Assembly: GCA_050506795.1 (NCBI GenBank)
Contig: JBJHCF010000014.1
Location: 2,846-66,845, forward strand
DNA: 64,000 nucleotides
Source: Opitutia bacterium
GTDB lineage: Bacteria > Verrucomicrobiota > Verrucomicrobiia > Opitutales > T3Sed10-336
Direction: 5' to 3'
Shown: positions 38,258 to 46,925 of the stretch, piece after piece
How positions within the stretch are numbered: position 1 is the stretch's first letter
Layout: the number at the start of each line of letters is the position of its first letter
Position numbers and translations under genes: made by a program
The notes under the pieces: model-generated
Seen by the model: only the letters and a program-made list of their open reading frames with translations
Told to the model about the DNA's origin: nothing
Database searches by the model: none

Positions 38258-41200
38258 ATGTCCACCCGCTTCTTTACCAACGCAGGCACGAAGACGCTCT
38301 TCGCCAAATTGGAAGGGGTGTTCCATCACAATCCCGATATTGAGCGATTCGACGCCCTCGTTGGCTACCTGCGCGCCTCCGGCTACTTTGCACTGCGGCC
38401 ACACCTTTCCAAGGTTTCGAAAGTTCGCATCCTCGTTGGGATCGACGTGGATGAAATCGTTTCCGACTACCACAAGCGAGGACTCCTCTTCCTCGCCGAT
38501 CCGACCAAGGCCCTCGAGGATTTTCAGAGCCGTCTCAAGGCCGACATTCAAAACGCCGAATACCGGGCCGATATTGAGGCTGGCATTTTGAGTTTCGTGG
38601 AGGATGTCGTCTCCGGAAAACTGACGATCAAGGCTCACCCCACGAAGCGGTTGCACGCTAAGATCTACATATTTCTTCCCATCGGCTGGTGCGAGCACAA
38701 ACCCGGCGCCGTTATCACGGGCTCATCGAATTTAACCGCCGCCGGACTCGGCGTCGAGGAGCAGTCGCGCAATTACGAGTTCAACGTCCTCCTTCACGAC
38801 TATGACGATGTGAAATTCGCGTCCGACGAGTTCCATAAACTTTGGGAGGAATCTGTCGATGTTCTGCCCAAAACCGTCCTGGCGGTTCGCGATTCCACCT
38901 ACCTTGCAACCACAATCACCCCCTACGAACTCTACTACAAACTTCTCGCCGAATACTTTGGTCCGGCGGTGGATTACGATCCCAACGCCGTCTCAGACCT
39001 TCCCGACGGCTTCAAACGCCTGAGTTACCAAATTGACGCTGTGAACAACGGTTATCGTCTACTTGAAAGGCACAATGGCTTTTTCCTTTCCGATGTCGTC
39101 GGCCTCGGAAAAACCGTCGTGGCGTGTCTCATCGCGCGGAAATTCTTTTTCCATAACGGGTTTCCCGACCATCGCTCCAACACACTCGCGATCTGTCCGC
39201 CTGCGATGGAGGATGATTGGCGTGAAACTAAAGACCGCTTCCGCCTCGACAACTTCGACATCGTTACCAACGGCTCACTACACAAGGTCCGCAATCCGCA
39301 AAAATACGACCTCATCATTATCGACGAGGCCCACAAGTTCCGCAACGACACCGCCGAAGCCTTTGACGATCTCCAGCGCCTCTGTAAATCCGGCACATTG
39401 CGCAAATTGTCCGACGGATCCGTTGCCGAAAAGAAGGTCATCCTCGTCTCGGCTACTCCGCTCAATAACGCTCCGCAAGACATCCGCAACCAGCTTGCCC
39501 TGTTCCAGGATCTGAAGCGCTCCACGCTCAGCGTTGGCAACCTCCAGCACTTCTTCGCGCAGTGTGACCGTGAGTTCCGCGCGGCCAAGAGGGAACCGAA
39601 TATTGAGGCCGCACGCCGAGCGGTGGTCGCTATCTACGAGCGCATCCGCACCAAGGTCATCAGCGAGATCATCGTTCGACGCACCCGCACGGATCTCCAC
39701 GAAAATGAAGACTACCGTCGCGATTTGGAAGAGCAGGGTGTGCAGTTCCCGCAAATCGAGCGGCCCCGGCACATTCTCTACCCGTTGACACCGGAGCTTG
39801 AGGCACTCTACGACCGCACCATCCAGATGCTCACCTCTGGGACCCCGACCAGCCTTACCTATAACCGCTACCGCGCCCTGACATTCCTGCGTGCCGACCT
39901 CAAGAAGAAGTATCACAACGCCGATCGCATCTCCCAGCAACTCGCCACCATCATGCGCACCTTGCTGGTGAAGAGGCTCGATAGCTCCTTCTACGCCTTC
40001 ACCGCCTCCCTACGCCGCTTTCAGGAAGCCACCCGCGTCATGATCGAAATGTTCGAGCGCGGCACCATTTACATCGCCCCCAACCTGCCGGTGAATCAGC
40101 TCATCCTCGAAGGGCGCGAAGAGGATCTTGTTTCCCTGATCGCCGAAAAACGGGATGCCGATCCCACCATCGAGGTTTGCGAACCCGCGGATTTTTCCGA
40201 TGACCTTCTCTCCGGGCTCCGCCTCGATCTTGATCGTGTGGCACCCATCCTCGCCGACTGGGAGGAAGTGGTCGCCTCCAATCAGGATCCCAAGTTCGAC
40301 CTGTTTTTACGCCGTCTGCGCGACGAACTGCTCAACCGCGAAATCAACCGTGACGGCAAACTCGTTGTCTTCTCCGAATCCCGTGAGACGACCGATTACC
40401 TCACCAAGCGCCTTTCCATCGCCGGAATTGACCGCGTCCTCACCGTCGACGCGGGTAACCGTAACGCCAGCCGCGACGATATCCGCGCCAACTTCGACGC
40501 CAATTACCCCGGCAAGCGGCGCAATGACTACGATCTCATCATCTCCACCGAAGTGCTCGCCGAGGGCGTCAACCTGCATCGTTCCAACATTATAGTTAAT
40601 TACGATACCCCGTGGAACTCCACCCGCCTCATGCAGCGCATCGGCCGCGTTAACCGCATCGGTTCGCTCGCGCCCCGAGTCTTCATCTACAACTTCTACC
40701 CGACCGCGCGCGTGGATGACGACATCGAGCTGCGCAAGAAGGCCATCATGAAGCTTCAGGCCTTCCACTCCGCCCTCGGCGAGGATAGCCAAATTTACTC
40801 GACCGATGAAGAAGTGGATACCTTCGGCCTCTTCGACAAGACCCCCGAGGACAACGAGCGCGACGAGCGTCTCACACTCCTCATGGAATTACGCCGCTTC
40901 CGTGCCGAGAATCCGGAGCAGTTCCGCCGCCTCGCGAAACTTCCCGCCCGCTGCCGCGTCGGGCGTGCCGACGCCGTCCGCGCCCGAAGCACTATTGCCT
41001 TCATCCGCAATGCCCACCGCGACGCCTTCTATCGCATTCAGCCCGATGCCGACCCCGAGGAAATCAGCTTTACCGAAGCAGCCATTGAGTTCCGCGCCAC
41101 CCACATCGATGAACCCGCGATTCCCCTGCACGCGGAGCACCATGCGCAGGTCAATACCGCCACCGCCGCTTTCCGCGAGGCGGTCGTCGCCGACACACTC

Positions 41201-41566
41201 GCGCCGCTGGCGGTCGAGGCGAAACAAGGACCCAATGAAAAACGCGCTCGCGACTTTGTGGATGCATTTCTCGCCTTCGACTTCATCAGCGATGAAGAGC
41301 GCCGCCTCATCCGCCTCGCCAAGCTCGCACTAGCCCGCGCCCGCTACGCGAGCCTTCAACGCGAAATCAACAAACTCCAGCGTAACACGAAAAAGGTGAA
41401 GGTGACTCCCGCCGTCCTCGCCGATAAACTTTTCGACATCCTCCGGGAGTATAAGCTGGAGGACATGGAAAATCAGGGTGTTGGCGTGACCGAGGCCATC
41501 CGTCGGGCCGAAACCGAGCCCGAGATCATCCTCACCGAATCCTTCGACCATCTGACCCAAGCATGA
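38258..41566 (+). CDS. PLD-family (HKD) nuclease domain fused to an SNF2/DEAD-type helicase (1102 aa)
   Basis: N-terminal HKD motif 'RLHAKIYIF...ITGSSNLTAAGL' (about 38654-38737). Helicase motifs 'VVGLGKTVVA', 'IIIDEAHKFRN' (about 39323), 'LVSATPLNN', 'STEVLAEGVNLH', 'LMQRIGRVNRIGS'. The stop overlaps the next start (ATGA 41563-41566). Confidence 0.85.
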   Translation: MSTRFFTNAGTKTLFAKLEGVFHHNPDIERFDALVGYLRASGYFALRPHLSKVSKVRILVGIDVDEIVSDYHKRGLLFLADPTKALEDFQSRLKADIQNAEYRADIEAGILSFVEDVVSGKLTIKAHPTKRLHAKIYIFLPIGWCEHKPGAVITGSSNLTAAGLGVEEQSRNYEFNVLLHDYDDVKFASDEFHKLWEESVDVLPKTVLAVRDSTYLATTITPYELYYKLLAEYFGPAVDYDPNAVSDLPDGFKRLSYQIDAVNNGYRLLERHNGFFLSDVVGLGKTVVACLIARKFFFHNGFPDHRSNTLAICPPAMEDDWRETKDRFRLDNFDIVTNGSLHKVRNPQKYDLIIIDEAHKFRNDTAEAFDDLQRLCKSGTLRKLSDGSVAEKKVILVSATPLNNAPQDIRNQLALFQDLKRSTLSVGNLQHFFAQCDREFRAAKREPNIEAARRAVVAIYERIRTKVISEIIVRRTRTDLHENEDYRRDLEEQGVQFPQIERPRHILYPLTPELEALYDRTIQMLTSGTPTSLTYNRYRALTFLRADLKKKYHNADRISQQLATIMRTLLVKRLDSSFYAFTASLRRFQEATRVMIEMFERGTIYIAPNLPVNQLILEGREEDLVSLIAEKRDADPTIEVCEPADFSDDLLSGLRLDLDRVAPILADWEEVVASNQDPKFDLFLRRLRDELLNREINRDGKLVVFSESRETTDYLTKRLSIAGIDRVLTVDAGNRNASRDDIRANFDANYPGKRRNDYDLIISTEVLAEGVNLHRSNIIVNYDTPWNSTRLMQRIGRVNRIGSLAPRVFIYNFYPTARVDDDIELRKKAIMKLQAFHSALGEDSQIYSTDEEVDTFGLFDKTPEDNERDERLTLLMELRRFRAENPEQFRRLAKLPARCRVGRADAVRARSTIAFIRNAHRDAFYRIQPDADPEEISFTEAAIEFRATHIDEPAIPLHAEHHAQVNTATAAFREAVVADTLAPLAVEAKQGPNEKRARDFVDAFLAFDFISDEERRLIRLAKLALARARYASLQREINKLQRNTKKVKVTPAVLADKLFDILREYKLEDMENQGVGVTEAIRRAETEPEIILTESFDHLTQA

Positions 41567-44500
41567 CCCGCGACGAATTCCGCTCCCTCCTTCAATCCCC
41601 CTATGACCGCTCGCGGTGGCTGGCGGCACTCCCGGCCTTCCTGCCCGCGATCGAAATCTTCGCGCGGCCACAATCGCTCGATTTTTCGACCGAGGCGGTC
41701 AGTTCCGCCGTGCAACTCGCCCGCATCCCACTGCCCGACGACCGCAACGTCGCCGTGCTCGAAGTCCGCGTCAGCGGCCAGGTGGATCTGCAACGCAATC
41801 GCGCGGGCCTGCGCAAGCTCGTCGCCCGCTACATCGGCTCGCCTTCGGCGGATGCCGTGCTCGCCTTTTTTGTCGGCGCTTCACCGGACTACCGTTTCTC
41901 CTTTGCCGCCCGCACCAACGCCATCACCACCGACGGCCAACATGAGCAAAAGGATACGGCTCCCCGCCGCTACACCTACCTCTTTGGTCCCGGCCAACCC
42001 TGCCGCACCGCGGTGGAACGCTTTGAACTGCTGCGTTCGCTTGGAAACCGCACGCAACTCGCCGATCTCATCAATGCCTTCCAGGTCGAGCCGCTGTTCA
42101 AAGAGTTTTACCGCGACTACGGAAGAGTTTTTGATGCCGTTGAAAACCATATCCGCCCGTCTCTCACCGGAAAGGAGCCGCTGCGCCTCTTCACCCAGCG
42201 TCTCTTCAACCGTCTCATGTTTCTGGCTTTCGTCGAGCGCAAGGGCTGGTTAAAGATGGGGGAACGCACGGACTACCTTGCCGCGCTGTGGGACGACTAC
42301 ACGAGCAAGCGCCGTACCGCGTCCGCCTCCGCCAACTTTTACGCCGACCGCCTGGTCCCGCTTTTCTTCGAGGGATTGAATCAACCCGACCGCGCCCCCG
42401 GCACCGTCGATCCGCGCTTTGGCGCCGTGCCCTACCTCAACGGCGGACTCTTTGAATACGCCGAAGACGGCACCGACCGCCTGCCCAAACTCCGCGTGCC
42501 CGATGAGGCCATCGCTCTCATCCTCGACCCCGAGACCGGCCTCTTTTCCCGCTATAATTTCACTGTGGTCGAGGACGACCCTTTCGAGAAAACTGTGGCC
42601 GTCGATCCCGAGATGCTCGGCAAGGTTTTTGAGGAACTCGTCACCGGCCGCCATGAACAGGGCAGCTACTACACGCCCAAGCCCATCGTCGCCTTCATGG
42701 CCCGCGCCGCCCTGGTTGAGCACCTTGCCGACCGCTGCCCGGGCGAACCCCGCGCCGCCCTGGAAGCCTTTGTCCACGAGGACGACGCCTCCGGACTCCA
42801 CGATCCCGAGGCCGTGCACCGGGCATTGATCACCATCAAAGTCTGCGATCCCGCCTGTGGTTCCGGCGCCTACCTGCTCGGCATGCTACACGAGCTGCTC
42901 GATCTGCGCACTCGCATCTTCGCCTCACGGCAAAAGGCCGATCCCGAGACCGCCTACCAACGCCGCCTCCAGATCATCGAGCGCAACCTCTACGGGGTTG
43001 ATAAAGACGCCTTCGCCGTCAATATCGCCCGCCTGCGCCTTTGGCTCGCCCTCGCGGTCGAGTTCGAAGGCCCGGTCCCGCCACCCCTGCCCAACCTCGA
43101 TTTCAAAATCGAGATCGGTGACGCCCTCGCCGCCCCCGCGCCCCAGGACATTTTTCAACGCCCGGCGGTCGAAGAGTTTCGCGACAGAAAGGCCGCTTAC
43201 CTCCGCGCCCACGGCGAAGAGAAGGAGAAACTAAAGGCCGAACTCGACCAAATCCGCGCCGATCTCGCCCTCTGGCAGCAGGCCGACCTCTCCGGCCATG
43301 GCTTCAACTGGGCCGTCGAATTCGCCGAAGTGTTTCTACCCGACGCTGAGGAACGCGCCTTGCTCGGCGACCTGCTCGTGCAAGAAGACGCACCGCCCTC
43401 CGTCCGGCCAGGCGGCTTCGACATCATCGTCGCCAATCCGCCCTACGTGCGCATGGAGTTGATCAAGCCGCAAAAACCCATCCTGCGCAAACGCTTCCCC
43501 CAAGTCCACGCCGAGCGGGCCGACCTCTACGTCTATTTCTACGCCCGCGCCCACGAACTCCTCCGGCCCGGCGGTGTCGCCGCCTTCATCTCCTCCAATA
43601 AATGGCTCCGCGCCGGCTACGGCGAAAAACTTCGCCAACATCTGCTCGATGATCAGGCGTTTCGGCTGGTTATGGACTTTGGGGCCTTGCCGGTCTTCCA
43701 ATCCGCGACCGCTTACCCATGTATTTTCGTTTGGCAGAAGCAAGACCGCGGTGAAATTTCAACAGCGTGGGCCAAGGTGACAGATTTGGATCGCTGCTAC
43801 GCTGACGGGGTTCGGCAGCACTTTCTTTCGCTGAATACTCAGGTGCCTGCAGATCAGTTCGGCGTTGGTCGGCCACGCTTGGCTACGGGTGCGACTGCCA
43901 ACCTTAAAGACAAGATGGTGCAGAATGGCCGTCGGTTGGGAGAGGTTTGCAACGGGCTTTTGGGTTGGGGAGTTAAAACGGGCCTAAACGAAGCGTTCAT
44001 CATTGACGAGGCGACACGCAACCGCCTGATCCATGAGACCCCGGATGCAAGTGAGATCATAAAGCCTCTCGTTGCAGGCAACGACGTCAGGCGGTTCGAC
44101 GTCCAATTTCGCCGGAAGTATCTAATCTATGCCTACCGCGGAATAGAAGTTTCTCGGTATCCATCCATCGAGCGGCATTTAAGGCCGTTTCGCTCCTTCA
44201 AGAACGCTAAGGGCCAAACCGTTGGTCTGGATCATCGTGCGACTAAGCAGGAGTGGTATGAATTGCAGCAACCCCAGATGGCCTATAAGAACTACTTCGA
44301 GAGCCGGAAAATCATTTATCCTGACATTGGCAAAGAGCTTCGTTTTGCAATGGACGATGTAGGCTATTACGGTGCGAATACGACCTACTTTTTACCGGTC
44401 GCGGATTGGTTTCTTTGCGGTGTGCTTAACTCGTCTCCAGTTCTGAAATGGATCGAGCTTAGCTTGGCCGACATTCGAGGCGGCTACCTCCGTTTCTTCG

Positions 44501-45594
44501 GCCAACACATGGAACAGCTTCCCATACCCGACGCATCTCCGGCCGACCGCGAGATCGTCGGCAACCTCGCCAAGCAGGCCCAGACCCTCCACGCCCAACG
44601 CCGTGCCCGCAGCGAGCAATTTCTCCGTGCCCTCGGGCTGGATCCGGCCGACAGCACCTCGCGCAACCCGCTGGAGCAGCCGTGGTCCCTTGCGTCCGAC
44701 GACTATGCAAAACGCGTCCGCAAGCTTCAGGGCCGCGCCGCGGACCTAAAACTCTATGAAGCAGCGCGTGACGAAACGGCTGCTCTGACAGAACAGATCG
44801 CCAAGGTCGAGGCCGAGATTGATGCCCGCGTGGCCGCCCTCTACGGCCTCGATGCCGAGGACCAGCGCTGGGCCGCCCAATCCGCCCCCGCCGACGGCAA
44901 GCAAACCCTCTTCTTCGATCTACTCGGCAAACTCAAGGGCCGCCGTGCTCACTTCTCGCTAACGGAAGTTCAGGCGGCCGTCAACGAGGCCGAACTCTCC
45001 CTCAGGGACGACACCCTGAAGGTTTACCTCAGCGAGGCGACCCAACAGGGGCTCATCCACGATGCCGGACGCGGTTGGTATACCCGCCACGCCAAACCGC
45101 TCAAACTGGATCCCAAACCGGTGCAAAAGCTCATTCGCGCGACCAAAAAAGCGCTGCCGCTACTCGACTTTTGCGCCTGGAGCACCGCCCAGCTCAACCC
45201 GTGGATGCAGCACCTCCTCGCCCAGCCCGTCGCCTTTCTCTACGTGCCCCGCGATACCCTCGAATCCGTCGGCGAAACCCTCCGCGCTCAGGGCTGGAAT
45301 GTCGCCGTCAACCCCGGCAAAAACGCCGCCCGCGAAGTGGTGCCCGGCGAGAAAACCGTCGTCCTCCGCCCCAGCCATTCCAAGCAGCCCCCGGATCACA
45401 ATCACCACGCCGCTCCCGAGCAAATCCTCGTCGAATTACTAATCGAAACCGAAGCCCTTGCGCTCATGGATGATTCCGAAGCCCGTGCCGCATGGATCGC
45501 TGCCACCGAAAGTGGTTCTGTGAAAATGGCTGAGATCAAACGATTTGCGGAATTCAAACATCTCCAATGGGACGATATTTGGCCAGCTAACTAA
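41563..45594 (+). CDS. Eco57I/PglX-like gamma-class N6-adenine DNA methyltransferase with TaqI_C-like TRD and a C-terminal AbiEi-antitoxin-like extension (1343 aa)
   Basis: 'LFNRLMFLAFVERKGWL' helical motif. Motif I 'VCDPACGSGAYLLG' (about 42841-42880). Motif IV 'IVANPPYV' (NPPY at 43435-43446). TRD motif 'GVKTGLNEAFIIDE'. 'ARVAALYGLDAEDQRW' is typical of the end of such MTases. A further ~240 aa follow (see the feature at 44875..45594). Confidence 0.85.
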   Translation: MTRDEFRSLLQSPYDRSRWLAALPAFLPAIEIFARPQSLDFSTEAVSSAVQLARIPLPDDRNVAVLEVRVSGQVDLQRNRAGLRKLVARYIGSPSADAVLAFFVGASPDYRFSFAARTNAITTDGQHEQKDTAPRRYTYLFGPGQPCRTAVERFELLRSLGNRTQLADLINAFQVEPLFKEFYRDYGRVFDAVENHIRPSLTGKEPLRLFTQRLFNRLMFLAFVERKGWLKMGERTDYLAALWDDYTSKRRTASASANFYADRLVPLFFEGLNQPDRAPGTVDPRFGAVPYLNGGLFEYAEDGTDRLPKLRVPDEAIALILDPETGLFSRYNFTVVEDDPFEKTVAVDPEMLGKVFEELVTGRHEQGSYYTPKPIVAFMARAALVEHLADRCPGEPRAALEAFVHEDDASGLHDPEAVHRALITIKVCDPACGSGAYLLGMLHELLDLRTRIFASRQKADPETAYQRRLQIIERNLYGVDKDAFAVNIARLRLWLALAVEFEGPVPPPLPNLDFKIEIGDALAAPAPQDIFQRPAVEEFRDRKAAYLRAHGEEKEKLKAELDQIRADLALWQQADLSGHGFNWAVEFAEVFLPDAEERALLGDLLVQEDAPPSVRPGGFDIIVANPPYVRMELIKPQKPILRKRFPQVHAERADLYVYFYARAHELLRPGGVAAFISSNKWLRAGYGEKLRQHLLDDQAFRLVMDFGALPVFQSATAYPCIFVWQKQDRGEISTAWAKVTDLDRCYADGVRQHFLSLNTQVPADQFGVGRPRLATGATANLKDKMVQNGRRLGEVCNGLLGWGVKTGLNEAFIIDEATRNRLIHETPDASEIIKPLVAGNDVRRFDVQFRRKYLIYAYRGIEVSRYPSIERHLRPFRSFKNAKGQTVGLDHRATKQEWYELQQPQMAYKNYFESRKIIYPDIGKELRFAMDDVGYYGANTTYFLPVADWFLCGVLNSSPVLKWIELSLADIRGGYLRFFGQHMEQLPIPDASPADREIVGNLAKQAQTLHAQRRARSEQFLRALGLDPADSTSRNPLEQPWSLASDDYAKRVRKLQGRAADLKLYEAARDETAALTEQIAKVEAEIDARVAALYGLDAEDQRWAAQSAPADGKQTLFFDLLGKLKGRRAHFSLTEVQAAVNEAELSLRDDTLKVYLSEATQQGLIHDAGRGWYTRHAKPLKLDPKPVQKLIRATKKALPLLDFCAWSTAQLNPWMQHLLAQPVAFLYVPRDTLESVGETLRAQGWNVAVNPGKNAAREVVPGEKTVVLRPSHSKQPPDHNHHAAPEQILVELLIETEALALMDDSEARAAWIAATESGSVKMAEIKRFAEFKHLQWDDIWPAN
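44875..45594 (+). other. AbiEi-like (type IV TA antitoxin, wHTH + C-terminal domain) region fused in-frame to the methyltransferase
   Basis: 'FSLTEVQAAVNEAELSLRDDTLKVYLSEATQQGLIHDAGRGWYTR' fits the AbiEi wHTH pattern ending in G-x-[LI]-x(3,4)-RG-x-Y. It is followed by 'AAPEQILVELLIETE', and the gene immediately downstream is AbiEii. Assigned by pattern recognition only. Confidence 0.55.
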
Positions 45595-45641
45595 CGCCAC
45601 AAATTCAAAAAATATGGCATTAGTTAATCGCATGTGAAGTT

Positions 45642-46745
45642 ATGTTCTCGGATCAGATTTACACCCGCGCCTGGGCCGACCGGGAACGCAAGAAGCTGGG
45701 AAATTGCGATCCCGGCTTGCTCGAAAAATGCGTCCGGGCGCTGACCCTGTTGGGGCATCTGGCGGAAAGCGAGCTCCCCTTTATGTTCAAAGGCGGCACC
45801 AGCATCCTACTTCACCTGCCGGAGATCCGCCGCCTCTCGATCGACATCGACATTGTTTCCCCGGCTTCGGATGCCGATCTGAACCGCGTCGTCGCTCAAA
45901 TCGCCCAGACCGCTCCCTTCATTCGCAGCGAAGAAGACATTCGCGGGACTGCTTCGGGACGCGAACTCTTGCCCAACCGCCGTCACTTCAAGTTCTGGTT
46001 CCCCAGCGAACGCGCCCAAACCGGAGAGGACTTCGTCCTGCTCGACGTGGTGCGGGAGGAGCACTGTCCGCATGACACCGTGACCTTGCCTATCCGCACC
46101 TCTTTCCTTGTCCCGGACCGGGAGATCACCGTCACGCTGCCCAGCATTGAGAGCCTGCTCGGCGATAAGCTCACCGCCTTTGCCCCGACGACGACCGGCA
46201 TCCGCCTGCGGAAGCACGGGGGAGAACCCGGCGATGTCATGCAAGTGGCGAAACAACTCTTCGATGTCGGCGTCCTCTTCGAACACGCTACCGATTTTGA
46301 GGCAGTCGCCCGCGCCTACAACGGCGTACAGGCGCAGGAATCCGGCTACCGGGACAATCTCCACACCCGCGAGGCCAGCCTCACCGACACCCTAAACGCC
46401 TGTCTCGGAATCACAGGTGAAGGGGTGCGCTACGCCCCGCCTACCCTCTTTCCCGAAAGGGCTTTGCTCCTCGATGGTTTCCATCGCCTACGGGGACACC
46501 TGACTCGAAGTCCTCCCAACGACAATGCCCGGCGCATTCTCGCCGCCCGCGCCGGTGTCTTGGCCGCGCATTTGCAAGCCAACCGGCTTCTCGACTTCTC
46601 CAGCGCCCGCTACACCCAAAGTCCCGATCAAATCGAGGCCCTGCGCGCTGCCACCCTAAACAACCACCCCCACGGCTGGCTAGACCGCATCAAGCAAACC
46701 AACCCGGAAGCCTACCACTACTGGCACCTCGGCCTGAATCTCTAA
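45642..46745 (+). CDS. abiEii: AbiEii/AbiGii-family nucleotidyltransferase toxin (type IV TA, DUF1814)
   Basis: 'FMFKGGTSILLHLPEIRRLSIDIDIV' matches the AbiEii GGT...R.S.D.D nucleotidyltransferase motif. 'LLGDKLTAF' is the second motif. Starts 48 nt after the MTase stop. Confidence 0.85.
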   Translation: MFSDQIYTRAWADRERKKLGNCDPGLLEKCVRALTLLGHLAESELPFMFKGGTSILLHLPEIRRLSIDIDIVSPASDADLNRVVAQIAQTAPFIRSEEDIRGTASGRELLPNRRHFKFWFPSERAQTGEDFVLLDVVREEHCPHDTVTLPIRTSFLVPDREITVTLPSIESLLGDKLTAFAPTTTGIRLRKHGGEPGDVMQVAKQLFDVGVLFEHATDFEAVARAYNGVQAQESGYRDNLHTREASLTDTLNACLGITGEGVRYAPPTLFPERALLLDGFHRLRGHLTRSPPNDNARRILAARAGVLAAHLQANRLLDFSSARYTQSPDQIEALRAATLNNHPHGWLDRIKQTNPEAYHYWHLGLNL

Positions 46746-46782
46746 CTGCAAATCACTTATCCACGTGGAACCGCCACCCCCA

Positions 46783-46800
46783 AATCGCCTCTTAATCAGT
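46783..46800 (+). promoter_or_regulatory. 18-nt motif AATCG(C/A)CTCTTAATCAGT, site 1 (upstream of the Zn-ribbon gene)
   Basis: Read directly. Identical except for one base to 48309..48326, upstream of the protease gene. Confidence 0.4.
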
Positions 46801-46925
46801 CACACCACCCCGGCCGACAATGGAATTTCGGAATGGCTCGGCCTGCGGCTCATGCGGGAGGGACAACTTACCGTTCCGGCGAACGTGATCGCAATATATC
46901 AATAAACGTAATATAAGGCCCGCTA

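Noticed and set aside
38258-45594. Calling the helicase + MTase pair DISARM class 1 (DrmD + DrmMI, with fused DrmC) or BREX (PglX)
   Set aside because: The defining partners (DrmA, DrmB/DUF1998, PglZ, BrxC/PglY, BrxL) are not detectable in any frame of the window. I therefore report it as unclassified rather than forcing a name.
46821-46889. 22-codon ORF 'MEFRNGSACGSCGRDNLPFRRT' with a CxxC, upstream of the Zn-ribbon gene
   Set aside because: Very short, with no RBS seen and no way to test conservation. Insufficient evidence.
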